A stretch of DNA of 63,328 nucleotides, the filler included, from Atractiella rhizophila (lineage: Eukaryota): the NCBI GenBank assembly GCA_021432655.1. It is 4 parts of 3 records of this genome, joined end to end, with 100 filler letters (N's around TTAATTAATTAA, not from the genome) between each part and the next. Parts side by side here need not be neighbours in the genome. Positions count along the whole stretch, not along the records: positions 13,837 to 37,782 come from MU271594.1; 3 more parts are not named here. One strand, written 5' to 3'. The notes under the pieces were generated by a model. It saw nothing but the letters and a program-made list of their open reading frames with translations, made no database searches and was not told the origin of the DNA. Shown in pieces: positions 13,837-27,375 of this stretch. How positions within the stretch are numbered: position 1 is the stretch's first letter; the number at the start of each line of letters is the position of its first letter. A program made the translations under genes and the position numbers.

Positions 13837-16271
13837 GAACGACCGTGGAGAGTGATAACTTGTGGTCCCCATTCTTCACTTTGCGATCGCAGCATGAGCT
13901 TATGGGCTACACGGACGCTGTCTTTTACTCCAGTTCTCATCTTTAATGTCAACGGGACATCTCCCAAAGCTTTGTTCATGCTCATCAGACATTTTCCAAG
14001 TCGGGTCGGGTGTTCCAGTAACGCAGAACCTGCACCCTTGAATGGCAGAATAAGTTGTATGGTTGGAGGGGCAACTAGGACTTACTTTCTATTGGTCTTT
14101 GTCAGAAGTGGTGACGGGAAATAAATAAATAACGAACCTGGAATACAAGGTCGATCGGGCATCCAGTGTTCAGATCCATGAAACTGTCTTGTTTTAAGTC
14201 CCCGTTCAGCGATCAGAAGAATGAACTCACTCTATGTTGCACTCTCCCACAATCGCTTCACAAGCTGGTGCCAAAACCTGAGGGCGACCTCCACATATTT
14301 GCACACCAAAGATCTTCTCCGAAGGATGTCTGTTGGGGGCTTCAGCTACAAATACACCAATTTGGAAGAGAAACGACCTCCTGACCAAACTCCACTCTCC
14401 AGGATTGCCCGTAAGAAATTCTTGGGCCAATCCCATTTCTGAGCATGTAACAGTTGCTCCAAGCTGCACGCAGAGGCGACGAAATGGTAAATTCCCGACA
14501 GTCGTGAGAGGCGCCAGGTACCGCTCGCCACGAAGGTCCAGTCGCTTTTTTTCTGTTGGTCGAAGGCGCGTTAAGTCTACGGGAGAGTCTTTATCCAGAC
14601 GAGAAGCCGGGCGACTTTCGCTGACATCCATTGGGACTGCATCTGTCGGGTCCGTGGACGTTGAGACAGGTGGATCGACTGTTGAGGAGGCGTTTCCTTC
14701 TTCCGCCTTGGAAACGTAGCTATACTTCTCTTTCCCTTTCGCCGACTGGCGTTGATCCAGAGGTTCGCCTAAAACTCGAAAAAATTCTTCTGTCCGAGGT
14801 ATAGGGTACTGTTGACCATTCAGCAAATATCCACTCGATATCAAACTGCTCGCCTTCTTGCTCCTGATCTTCCGTATCGTATCACCACCCACATCATTCA
14901 GTTCTCCCCTTTCGGTAATCTTCCCATCTTGAGTAGCGGCTGCGAACTTTTCCTGATCGACCACAAGTTCCAAACCGCTTCCCATGAAACCCTCTCCTTC
15001 TCCCACCCGTCGCAAATGTGACGCGAGAAACCGACATCGGAATCCGAAAGGGCATTTACCGAGTGCAGAGAACAGGGGACAGATGTTAAGCACCTTTGGC
15101 AGTTCTGTATTTGCGCTTTCGCTTGGGATGACGGGAGTAATGTCTTGAGGTTGGTGTTGTAGAAACTCCTTGAGCGAATGAGAGAATTTACAACTAGTTT
15201 CGTCGTCAGCATATGTAACTTCAAGTATCCGCATCAGAAACAAGTGGGTTCATTTGTCAAGAACCTGAAAGTAAAAACCAAGCCGGGAAAGGCGAGCATG
15301 CCGTCCACTGGAGGCAGTAACTGCAGAAAGGGACGGAGAAGACATTGTGCCGATAATTGCTCAATCTCATGGAATAGCAGTCTACTACACAAGAGTAAAA
15401 TTATTAAAGATCCGAAATTCCATGGCAGGATATCAATGATACTCTTCTCAAGATCAAAAAATGGAGTACTGGAGTGGAAGATAGAATCCGTCGTCCCTTG
15501 CTGGAACCGAGATGAAGAAAATAACTGAAGAACAAGCCAATTCATCAACTGAATGAGGAAATTAGGTTTCAACATATAATTGTTTTCAACAGAACCTGGT
15601 TTCGGATAGTTGGTCGCAAGGCAGAAGTGAAAAGCGAGGAGAAAAGGTACCGAAGTGAATCCTAAACAATCAAAATGGGCTATGACAAGTGAAAGTCGTT
15701 TGGGAATTTGCCTTCCATCACATGTTTTGCGGTCATGGTTTCATTGACACAAATGACAACATCTTTATTCATGTAAATAAAAATCAGATTACCATGGCCC
15801 AACGATAGATCATGATTCTCTAAAGAAACTAAAACCAACCCGATAGATCTACACAAGATGAAACACGGACCTATCGCCTTTTTCACAGATTCCACTCCTA
15901 GCTACAGCATTACAAAGTTTGATAGGATTCTCCATCTGGGTAATCTCCCGTATCCCAAACTTCCTCGCCTTATTCATCCCCCTCTGCTTCTTCTTTCCTC
16001 CCTTCCCTCTATCATCTCTAGCGTCCCTAGCATCTTCCCGCTTTAATCCATCCCCTTCTAAACGAGGTTTCTTGGCCGGACGCTCTCCAGCTTCAGCAGC
16101 GTCATCGTCTACACTTCGAAGACCGGCTGTGGGATCGGAAGAGGAGGCGCTGGGTAGGAGGTCCCAGCGAACAAATTCAGATTTGATCGCCGCAATTCCG
16201 GGGCGTGCATCGTAGTATTTGGGTGTGGGAGCAGTAGACGAAGGCTCTGGATCCGCCTGAGCTGGCTCCAT
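13837..16271 (-). CDS. DUS3: tRNA-dihydrouridine(47) synthase, 3'-truncated
   Basis: CCCH fingers (CNAVARSGICEKGD|SCKFSH; CPLFSALGKCPFGFRCRFLASH), YLAPLTTVGNLPFRRLC, TCSEM, FGVQICG, DLNTGCPIDLV, TLKMRTG and TLHGR. Confidence 0.95.
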
Positions 16272-17160
16272 TGCGCTGGAGCCTGCGAGGGAAGTTTTTA
16301 TGATCGTGTATGTAAGATGTAGAAGTTGAACAAGATCAGGTGACTGTCAGAAATTTGTCGCAACCAAGCCTGTTTGTTTGTTGGCTCGTTTGCGGTTGAT
16401 GAAGACAGAGGTGTTTACGACTCGAAACGTTTGGCAGCTTTGGTGGTTTGCCGTGTGTTGACATCGATGAGGGAGAGTGTGAGATTTGTATGATTTCATG
16501 ACTGCGCAGTTGGTAGCAGGTGCGATGCCTGGTAGAGGAGCACTGAAATAAAGATGCTCATAGGTTATGTGGACGACCATACCCAAGTTAATGAGGGTTA
16601 AACGTCCGAAATGTCCCTCGATTACTTCCACTTCAGAGCTTCAGTCAGGGACTAGGAGCGCAATTTTGGTGCCTCCTCTCAATTCGCTCCTTTCTCTTCT
16701 TCGAGCTCTCAGCTTGGTTAACGTATCATACATGGAAACAACGGCGCTAGCAGTTACATTGGTATTTATCCTGAGTAACTCGCATGAACTATGAACTACT
16801 TGACACTGCAGGACCATATGTGTTCTTCTGCGGCTCCGTTTTGACCGTTTACGCCGCAAAGTTCGAGAGATTGTCTTCTACTTGTACCGTAGTTGACTGG
16901 AGTGCAGATTTGGCTACACTTGAATGCCCCTTCAATTCTCCGTTTTTCTCGGCCATCATTAAAGGTTGAATGAGACTTTGAGCTCCCACAACACAATCAT
17001 ATCTGGAATACGATATGCACTTTCCATCCATCTTGCGTTCGGCTGCCCGACTTCCCTTCCACCAAGGCGTGACTCTGCTGATTTGTCAACTCTGATCAAC
17101 CCTTCAGCGAATCTGCCATCAAATTTCTCACCAACTATCGACAGCAAGGCTATTGTCGGA

Positions 17161-19145
17161 ATGGATACACAGAAGGATGATCTCGAGCTGTCTATGTCAC
17201 CAAAGTCGCCAAGTGATATTGAAGTGGACGCTTCTGGAGCCGAATGGAGCCGAGGGATCCCTCAGCAGGCTGGAATCAGCCAGAATACGAGGCGGCGGCC
17301 AAATGTGAAGAAAGCGTGGAAGGAGGCATCCAGGAAGTTTTCGTTCACATCGAAGGAATGGAGCTGTTTTACAGCTAAGTTTGGTGAGGTGAGGTCTGCC
17401 TCAGCTAGCATGGTAAACTGGTGTAACTCAACGTTTAAACAGTATTCAACGCATTAAGCATTCCACCTCTGGAATTAACTAATGCGATAAATGCCAAGTC
17501 GCCGGTTTGGCAGACGGAAGCGCAGGAGCACTCATTCCATAGTGGGTGACATCCCATTTCTCAGTTCTGCTCCCTTACACAATCCTTCAGCATGCAATCG
17601 ACCTTTGGCGTCTCCTATACCCCAGTATCTTTAATCTTTGTCGTCCAGATGGTAGGCTACATTGTTGCGACTTTTACCAACAACTATCTAGTCGATACGC
17701 TTGGGAGGGAGATCATTGTCTTCGGCGCAATGGGCTTACAAGCTGTCGTGCGTCATCCCTTTGTTGGATATATCCATCCTCCTGCTAATACAGTGGATAG
17801 GGATACGCGCTGCTTTCTCCAGCCTTCAACTTCCCATTGCTTCTTATCCTCAATTTCTTCACCGGCTACGGAACCTGCATTTCAAACAGCTCAGCTGTTG
17901 CTTATGTTGGGTCTCGACCTAATTCCCCCTGGAAGATTGCCATGATCGAGGCATTCCACGGCTTAGGTGGACTTGTGGGGCCTTTCGTCGCCACCCTTCT
18001 AGTTGAGAATGGAGCGAAATGGAACGTCTTTTACATCATCCAAGCTTGTGTCTGTACCGCAAATGCTATTTTATTTGTCTTCACCTTTGGGTAAGCCTCC
18101 ACATTGCCATAAGGAATGATAGTCTGATAAGCATCTTATGACAAGCCTGAAGCGGAAGAACTCTGCGACGGCGCAAGGCGACCATTCGAGGGAGGCTCAT
18201 GCGGAGGATCACCATGGACAGAAATTGAAGAAAATTCTCCAAAGCAAAGATGCGTGGATCTTGGCGCTCTTTGGTTTCTTGTCTGTCGGTGCAGAAGTGT
18301 CCATATCAGGTCAGGTCCCGTTTCCTGCCATCAAAGGGTTGATTATTAACGGATATCGACGGACAGGATGGATTGCTTCCTTCCTCATCAAAGAACGAGG
18401 CGGAACGTCGTCGTAAGTTCTTCCTAATTACCTGATATGGTGATGAAAGAGGATTCCGGTAGGGCTGGATATGTGGGCACAGGTTTCTGGGGTGGTATGC
18501 GTTCCCGTTTTCCAGTGTCATGTTATCTAAGCCATCTACTGAAAGGTTTGACGTTGGGAAGCCTATTCTCCTCGGTGCTCAGCGCGTGGCTTGGTGCTAG
18601 AAAAGGCGTGTTTTACTATCTCGCTGTCTCTCTCGCCCTCGAATTCATCATTTGGTTCGTTCCCAATCTCGAGGGGAACGCTGTTGCGGTAGCTTTCGTT
18701 GGCCTCGCGATGGTCTGTCCAATCAATTGTTGTCTAATAACTGAGAAAATGGCACAGGGACCACTCTACCCCAATGTCACAAATCTCACTTTGAATAGAT
18801 TGCCTCGAGCTCTACATGCAGGAACAATGACGTTCATGGCAAGTCTAGCAAAAACTGGCAAGTCTCTCCCTCGCTATCTTCTATCTCCATTGACCAACCA
18901 GTTTAGGCGGCGCACTTTTTCCTTTCTTGACTGGTGCGCTCGCACAACGCTTTTGTAAGTCATTCCAGAGCGCAAAGGTCCCCTCACTGATCGCTTTGCG
19001 AGAAGCTGTTAACGTGCTCCAACCTATGGTGGTCATCATTTTTGTGCTTATGTTTTGTGTCTGGACTGTTGCTCCTGCTCCTCGCCCGGTGCTGAAGGAC
19101 GACGACAACAATCAACAGTCAGTGCAGATGGAGAGTCGAGTTTGA
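17161..19145 (+). CDS. MFS transporter (fucose-permease/BSC6-like), many exons
   Basis: EAFHGLGGLVGP, FLSVGAEVSISG|WIASFL, GFWGG, GPLYP and GGALFPFLTGALAQ; a probable GC-AG intron near 18858-18906. Confidence 0.85.
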
Positions 19146-19359
19146 GTCTCGTTGGTCAATACTAGTTCAAGTTGCCGAGTGGACACGGAGTGCAAATCTA
19201 ACCAAGACTGAAAGAAGATCATTGGTGGAGAGGTGATACCTTCAGCCAATATCTCTTTGTACGACTGAATGTGGAAAGCTGCGGGAAATTATTGTGAAAC
19301 TAGCTCTTGTTATTAATAAATCATCACAGCTTTCGAAATGGCTGTCAAGTGTTATTTCT

Positions 19360-22066
19360 TCAGAAGAAAATGGCTCGTAGCTTTAACTGTACCTGCTGAG
19401 CAAAAGGAAATCGACATTGCTTTCTCAGCCAGTGTTTTGCGACTCTTTCCCTTTTCTCCAGGTAGGGTAGTACGTTCTTGGCTGCTGATTCGTTGTGTTC
19501 TTTAAAGGTCATCATCAGAAAAAAAACTTGCACTAAAGATACAGCGTACCTTTTATCCACTTGCGTTCCTCCCAATCCAGAAGCTCCAACTCTACCAGCT
19601 TCAAGTTAAATCGGAATCTATTCATCGTGAACGAGTGGACACTCATGAAAAGGACAGAAGCGTACTTGTGTCAGCCGGTCAAAGCCAAACCACTTATTCC
19701 CATGTTCATCCATCTTCACAAGCTTCACAGTAAGCATGCTTTCGGTGCGTACACCAAAGTCGTCTGCCCAATACAGACCCGGCTCATTTGTCAGGATATG
19801 TCCGACCTGTAGGGGGACTATATCTAATATCTTCCCCTTCCCGAAGCCATGAGGGCCTTCGTGGATTCTGACCATGACCTTCTCTGAGCATGGATAGACG
19901 CAAGGAGAGCTAGACTCACGGTAAACAACTGCCAACACTATGACCTGTCCCATGGGTGTAGTCCTCATAATACTTCCAGGCCGCCTTTCTAGCCCATAAG
20001 TCTAGTTGATATCCGGTTGTACCCTCTGGAAAAACAGCGGAATCGATGGCTAACAGTTAGGACATTGGTGATCAAAACCCGCTCTTCGGTTGCCTAGGTA
20101 TGAAGAGATGAGAGACAGACCAATGTGGCCCTTTAATGCCAGCGTGAAAAGTCGTTTCTGTGCAGTGGTGGGTCGACCGAAATGGACTGTCCGAGTGATG
20201 TCAATAGAAGAGTCGAGATAATGCGGTCCTGCACCGGAGCACATCAGCAATTAAATCTACAATTATACAGTCAGGATTGGGGATGAACCAGAATCGCAAA
20301 GATAAGGAGCAGCGCGATCTAATTTCCTACTCCCCACACGAGGAGGTTCGTAATGGGGCAATGCAGCATTTGGGCCAGCAGCCGAGATGTTTGGTTTTGC
20401 CAACTATCCCATGAAGCCTCCGTTTAATAGGAACACCCAATTGGAAAGAAGAGTGGGCACACCATGAGAAACTGTTCGCTACGCTTGCGCTCTCGCGTCA
20501 AACGTTCTCCCGCCTCCCATTCATTCACCTCCTCTCCTTTCTCAATAGAGCACTCCAGAGCAGCTGCCCATCGCACCCAGGCGACAGAGTCGCGAAGGTT
20601 GCCTTTGCGAAAACCTGAAAGCTCAACATGGTTCTTCAGTCCTCTTGCGGCTAGGATGGGCGATGGATACGATAGAAAGCAGACTGTGGAAGGGGGTATT
20701 GATGTGAAGATTGCATAGGAGATGTCGTCCGAGGTCAGACACTGAGACAACCGCGACTGTAAGACTTGCGATCCGAAAAGTGAGAAAGGCATACCTTTCC
20801 AGAAAGAAGGGGTAAAAACTGCCAAACAGTCTTATAGCTCTTCACGGTCACCTTCAATTGTTCGACAAGGTATCGTAGCACCTCTCCATCCAATTTCGCC
20901 AAGTCAACAAAGAGGACCGTTTCTGAGAGGCCAATGAGGAGATAAGCAAGGAAAAGCGGATTATACGGGATATCGTTCCCTCGAAGATTGAGAGTCCAAG
21001 CGATATCGGCTAGGGAGGACAGAAGATAGTATTGAGCATCGATGGAAGATTGAATGGTCTCTTGTGCTAGCGAGAGCTTTTCAGAGGCATGCGTTCCTTC
21101 AGGTCAAAATTGCATTAGATGAAGACAAAGAGGAGGAGAGCGAGCACCAGCGTATTGAAGAGGATGGACGTGAATCTTGTCCCGAGGTAATGGTGGTTTG
21201 TCTACCCAGATTGAATCGACAAGGTTCCTTCTGGGGAATACAAAGGATGCGCCTCTCTTCAACAAATCGGGAGAGAAGCGATTTATGCTCCCTGTGTAGC
21301 AATACATAAGACAGCGATTAGTCTGCCGTCCCTTCACGCAGAAGAAATGGCCGCACCTATGCTGACGAGTGTAGGGTCCACTCCAACCCTCATCCCAGGC
21401 GCTACCTACGCGCATAACTGTCAGATATAAAACAGAAGAAATAATCGGAAGTTGAACAACATTTTGAAGAAGCCACCCATCCCAATCTGGTAATCCGTTG
21501 ACGCCGGATTTTACTAGTGTCCAGTTGCTGTCCATTTGTTGTGCGGCTTGAATGTGAAATCTACCTGAAGGTGTGGCGTAAGGTGTAAGTCATACATGCA
21601 TGGTGGAAATAAAGGGAACAAAGAGACGCGCCGTCAGTGAACATATATGCGCTTGTAAGCGTGACCACTGCCGTCCCTGCTGTTCCAGTGAACCTTGGAA
21701 AGAAGTAGTGAACAACTATGTTTTATCTTACAGGAAGTGCAGAGCTTACCCAGACATAAATGCTGTTACGAAAGACATAAATTTAGTGTCCCTGCAAAGA
21801 AGAAACCGCCAAACCGCGTCGTTGATCCGCATCCGCGACATATTCAGAACCTGAAAAGCGCTTTGCAGATGCAATATGACACACATTCAAGAGAATTACC
21901 GTGAGCATCGTTTGAAGGAATTACGCTGTTGACTTGCAATCAGAAATACTCTGACGAAACCGCATTGAACTAACTAAACATCAAGCTTCAGGTCCTCCAT
22001 TTCAGCTCGCAACCGCATCAAATGCTTCGTGGTGTCAGCTTTCTTGTCGCTGCTACTGTCGTTCAT
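19360..22066 (-). CDS. Xaa-Pro aminopeptidase (M24B, aminopeptidase P/FRA1-like)
   Basis: WTLNLRGNDIPYNP, LKNHVELSGFR, YLCDSG..YLDSSIDITRTVHFG, HGTGH, HEGP, TNEPGLY and GVRTES; the D, D, H, E, E metal ligands are present. Confidence 0.9.
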
Positions 22067-22342
22067 CTCAAAGGATTACTCTGCAATAAGCCACTAGAAA
22101 ATGGTCTTTAGAAAGAGATTGGAATTACATTTCAAATGTCAAATCAACAAGCTGCAAGCACGCTCCGATCACCTGCCTTTTTTGGCAGATTGCTTGATTT
22201 CGAATGGCGTGACTTTCATTCGCCCATTTTTTTTCTGTTCTTCTCGGTAATATCTGCGAACGAGCCTTGCGTCGGCGCTGTAGCCTTTACAGTATCGTAT
22301 ACCACTGATTGTAGAGGGAAGTGCCATTGCTGAAAAACGAGA

Positions 22343-25300
22343 ATGCTGCCTCGTCGAATACCTCTGATTCAGCGCACCTACGCCTCCCACGCCCCTTCAG
22401 CAACACAGTCACGGACGCACCTCATACCGCCCTATTCCCATCTACAGTCTAATCTCTCGCGTGTGCGTTCAATTCTTAACCGCCCGCTCTCGCTGGCGGA
22501 GAAAATCATCTACTCCCACCTGTTACCTTCTTCTATCGAAGAACTGAAGGGGGATGGAGTCAGGGGAGAGAAGTACCTCAAATTAAAGGTGGATAGGGTG
22601 GCTATGCAGGGTCTGTTTGCTTTCTCTCTAACTCTACTTGTAAGCTCTAATTAACATTGTATTGGACATAGATGCATCAGCTCAGATGGCCATTCTGCAA
22701 TTCGCTACTACCGGAAAGATCTCAACCAGTGTTCCTGCTAGCATCCACTGCGACCATCTCATCTCGTTTGTCTACCGTCTTCCTTTTGCTCCGCAATTCT
22801 GCGGCTGAGCAGTAGCCTCTATTAGAGCATTCGAAGGCGCTGAAGCCGATTTGAAGCGTGCAGAGGTGTCAGAGAAAGAGGTATTCGACTTTTTAGAGTC
22901 TGCGTAAGCTTCACTACGCCCACACCTTAGAGCATTGACGAAATTCAAACCGTAGAGCAAAAAAGTATGGGATCGAGTTCTGGCGTCCAGGTAGCGGCAT
23001 AATTCATCAAATCGTGCTGGAGAACTACGCCGCTCCAGGTCTAATGATGCTCGGCACGGATTCTCACACCCCTAACGCTGGTGGTTTGTGCACGGTTGCT
23101 ATCGGAGTCGGCGGAGCAGATGCTGTGGATGCTCTCACGGATACACCTTGGGAGTTGAAAGGTTCGGGCTCTGTCGATTACTGTTTGCTCCCTTTTTGTG
23201 GCTCTGACTCCGTTTATGCAGCTCCAAAACTCATTGGTGTCCATCTCAAGGGAAAGCTTAGTGGATGGACGAGCCCTAAGGATGTCATTCTGGCTGTCGC
23301 CGGAAAGCTCACCGTGAGGGTAAGATTATGTTCGCATCTCTGGCCACTGAACTGACAAAACCCTTCGAAAGGGTGGGACTGGGAAAGTGATCGAGTATTA
23401 CGGACCAGGAGTTGAGACTTTCAGTGCAACAGGGACCGGGACCATTTGTAACGTTAGTCTTCACCTGACATCCCAACATTCTTGCGTGAATACTGATAGC
23501 CTTCCTCAATGATACACAGATGGGTGCAGAGGTTGGCGCTACAACGTCNNNNNNNNNNNNNNNNNNNNNNNNNNNNNNNNNNNNNNNNNNNNNNNNNNNN
23601 NNNNNNNNNNNNNNNNNNNNNNNNNNNNNNNNNNNNNNNNNNNNNNNNNNNNNNNNNNNNNNNNNNNNNNNNNNNNNNNNNNNNNNNNNNNNNNNNNNNN
23701 NNNNNNNNNNNNNNNNNNNNNNNNNNNNNNNNNNNNNNNNNTCGCTTACTAGCTGACATTAAGTCAAGTCCTCGTCGTTCCAACAATACCCTTAGCTGTA
23801 TGCGATTCTACTGGAATGTCGGATTGGTCGCTCCGACTTCCCGTCGTACAAGAGAACGGCTGGGAAGAGGTATTAACTTGATCAAAAGCCCAAGTTAAAT
23901 AGAAGGGTACGTGGATCAATCCTTGAGTGTAGCCATTGCTGGTAGGTAGGGAACAATAGGCGAAAGGTGGCGAACCGTTGAAGGCCCTAGCACGGGAGGT
24001 GGGGGTAGTTACCTGTTTCGTACTAAATGGAACCGACAGAGTAGCAAAACACCGTGGTTATTCCCACAAGAGGCGTTATAATGAATCCACTGGACGCGGT
24101 ATAGTCAACACTTGATCAATTTACAACTACCTTGTAGCCGCATGGAAATATGAAGTTGGGTGAAAGGCCGTCGCGATTAGAGTAGGCAGCATGTGAAAGG
24201 GGATTAAGATTAGTTCTGTCGATCCAGGAGCTTGAGGGAGAAGAGCGGGTGGCGGGTCACGCCAAGCTTTCCGAGGTCGTCGAGGTTAGCGCATCTAAAT
24301 CCTAGCTACTGCTAAAGTCAAAGGCCAACTCCTCGTCCGTACGAGACTCCATTCATCCTGCACAACGGAACGCACTTTGGAAGACTGCCTTCCACCTGTG
24401 GAAGACCTCCCCTCTTTGCCTTTCTGAGAGGCAACCCTTCTCCCTACGATAGACACTACCCTAACTTCCTCTCTGCTGGTCTTTTTCGGACGTGTGTGTA
24501 CTCTACCGTCCAGGGTAATAACTACCTTCTCTCGAATGGTATCGTCACTGTTACAGACCACTGCGCTCCTTCAAGTAACAGAAGGACAATGGCAGTAAGG
24601 AACGGAACTTTAAAGCCAACTTACTGCAATCTTACCGATGTTGTGCCCGCAGTAACCGCAGCCTTATAAGCTACGTCTTTATGGTAACAGAAGAGGAACT
24701 ATGAGGAAGGAGAGGGGTGACAGGTTATGTGCCGGGCGTCCGCAATCGGTTATGGAAGCGCGGACGTAAGAGGTACCGACGGATAGTAGTTCCTTTCTTA
24801 AAACAGTTAGTAAGACGAACATCACTTCCTCTTTATCCTTGATGTCTGAAAGTAGGGTAGGGAGAGCTCGCACCGTAACTAGTCGAGTGAGGGACCACAC
24901 TGGTTTTTCCCCTGAACTTGAAAGTTAGGAAAAAGTGAACGAACAAACTGTTCCCTTCACTGAGCCTGTATAGAAGTGAAAAGGGTAGCGGTCCAGTACT
25001 CAGGTTTGTTGGTACTTTCTCTTCCACTTTACCTCCCTCTTATTTCCCTGTATGATCCTTCTTAACCACGTCCTGGGTTACTCTCGTCGTGACTAGAGTA
25101 GGAAGGTAGGAAGAAGGACTTGCGCGAAGAACTTACGACTATCCGGTAATAACCGTATACACCGTTCGTAGTCCTTGATTCCATCATGCTTAAGTCATAT
25201 CTGATGGTCAAGCAGAAACAAATCTGAAGAAGCAAGGTGTCCTTCCGCTTACCTTTGCCAATCCATCAGACTACTCCAAGATCTCAGCGAAAGACGGTGA

Positions 25301-25552
25301 TATCGTGAGCACTGTCGGGTTGGAAGACCTGTTTTCTTGGTTCGAAGCTGGAAAGGACGGAGAACCGCCACAGATCGCGGTGAAGGTCACGCGGCGGAAC
25401 GGAGGAGAGGAAACGATTGCAGTTGAGCATACTCTTAGTAGGGATCAAGGTATGTTTGCCTGATCCGGTGTGCAAGGAGTGATATCTGACTTGGAGCAGC
25501 TCGCTGGATCGCCGCTGGGAGCGCACTCAACGTGATACGCCAAAACTCGTGA
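22343..25552 (+). CDS. ACO2: Mitochondrial aconitase family, ACO2 (homocitrate dehydratase) type; middle part gapped and mirror-reversed
   Basis: Forward: [48 protein letters not shown]. Read right-to-left without complementing, 25153->23742 gives IGSCTNSSY, RGKCTTDEISAAG, KYKGHL and NYGEGSAREHAA. Forward again: [13 protein letters not shown]. Confidence 0.93.
23742..25153. other. Mirror-reversed (uncomplemented) block inside ACO2
   Basis: Reversal yields aconitase exons with GT-AG introns and joins in frame to cgt ata cac (RIH) at 25154. Confidence 0.95.
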
Positions 25553-25711
25553 AGAAATGCAACTCGCATAAAACTTCACAAAAATGTAGATATACTAGAT
25601 TGTAGAGCAGGGCTAATCAAATTTCTTCACGCGATAGTTGAGTAAGCGACTTTGAGGAACATAAGAATTCACATAGCTGCTAGGAAAAATAAATCCTCTA
25701 TACAAGGGGTA

Positions 25712-27375
25712 TCAATCACAAACGGGCACAGAACGAACACGATTGCGGCCTATCTCATTGGGACGGATGACGCAGACTGAGCTCATAAAGTTTCTCCTCA
25801 TCCAAATCGTGCCTCCCTCTTCCCATCGAGTCCATCCCACCCATTCCACCAGGACTCTGATAATACCCATTAACTCAATAGCTCATCTTCTTCAGAAAAG
25901 GACGTACAAGTGAGATATCTGTACAAACTATTCGTTCCTCTCCTTCCACACAACTTTGGGTGAACGTAGTTATTGCCACTCCATGTGGATTCGGTCTCGA
26001 TGACTTGGATGCCCATAGTCCATCAACAACAAGTAGGCAAATTGGGAAGAAATAGGCGTACAGCTGCCGTCATCCTCTTACTCTCGAGCTCCATAGCCTT
26101 GCCTCCACTCCGGCCACCGCCGCTTCCTGAACCGGTGTACCTCCCTTGCAAGCTCTCCTTGAACCTTTCTCGTGCGAGTAAGAGGGTGAGGAGCGAGTTG
26201 ATGTAGAGAGGCGTGAGGCTGATATTGATGGCTACGTTCCACCCGCTCTGAATGGAGAGGAAGAGAATCAAATCGAGGATAGCAAGAATACTGGTCAGGA
26301 GATTCGTTTCGAGCGTTAATCGGATGATCCTCGAGATGATCGCTGTCGTGCCATTGAAGCCTTGTCGTGTTTTAGTCAAGTAGAATATCATCGATACCAC
26401 TTGGAGAAAGCAGTCAGTGAGAAGTCTGCGCTTTGCTCAGAGGATGGAGGCTCACCAATGATGAAATCTGCGAAAGTCAGTGAGCATAAACGTGAGAAAG
26501 GACGGAAGGAACGTACCAGCTAAACCCGCACTCAACAGCCACGAATAAGCCCCATAGGAGAAGGTATGAAACTCAGATTGCTTTTTGAGTATGAAGCCAT
26601 TCCTAATCATAGCACCAAAAGACCATCCCAGCTGGAAGATAGCGAGAAAGGTGACGATAATAGGGAAGATCTTCTTGCGACCTGAGAGGACGTATATCCG
26701 CCTGTGATGTACGTTTCGTTCAGTGGACTGCACAGAAACCGCGGTTGAATTGCTAGAAAGCAGGAATACGTACGATGCATACCAGATTTGTACGATTGCG
26801 GTTGTTAGACCTGCGAGGGGAAAGTTAAAGAAAGAAAGGGCATAAAAGGCAGACTAACCAAGGACGCCAAAATTTGCGCCATAGGAAAAGGGAACAATGT
26901 TGAACTCTTCAAGGTGGCCAAACTTGATGACGGTCCCTGTACGCACGGTTCACCAATCTGTCATGTTGAAAAGAATGATCGTACAATGATATAAATTATC
27001 TGTTCTGACGTGAGCAAAAGCGCCGCACAAAATTAAGGAAACTCACGGGAGGTAAAAATTACATGCAGGGTATTAAGAAACGCGAGGACCCCAACGACAG
27101 CTTTGATGCGCCAGCTGTCATTAGGATAATTATTAAAATAAGCGAGTGCTTGGTGCAGAGTCCATCCAGCTAGTTTCACCACATGATAAGACACAAAGGA
27201 GCTAGGTGAGAAAACCAACTCACAGAGAACGAAGGTGATTATCGATCCAACGCTGTAAGCACCGATCTAGTCCTCAATCCATTAACAATCTCCTCGGCAC
27301 AAAAGATTGACATAAGAAGAGAAGACACACGGTATCCCTCAACTTCGAATATGGAAACTCAATTTCAGAAGCCAT
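25712..27375 (-). CDS. Basidiomycete multi-TM protein, DUF6534-like
   Basis: QALAYFNNYPNDSWRIKAVV, RRIYVLSG, IISRIIRLTLETNLLTS and LYINSLLTLLLARE. Confidence 0.85.

Noticed and set aside
23742..25153. Mirror blocks as a real biological inversion or encryption system
   Set aside because: Physical inversion gives a reverse complement. Every block abuts an N gap and breaks a conserved gene, which points to software.
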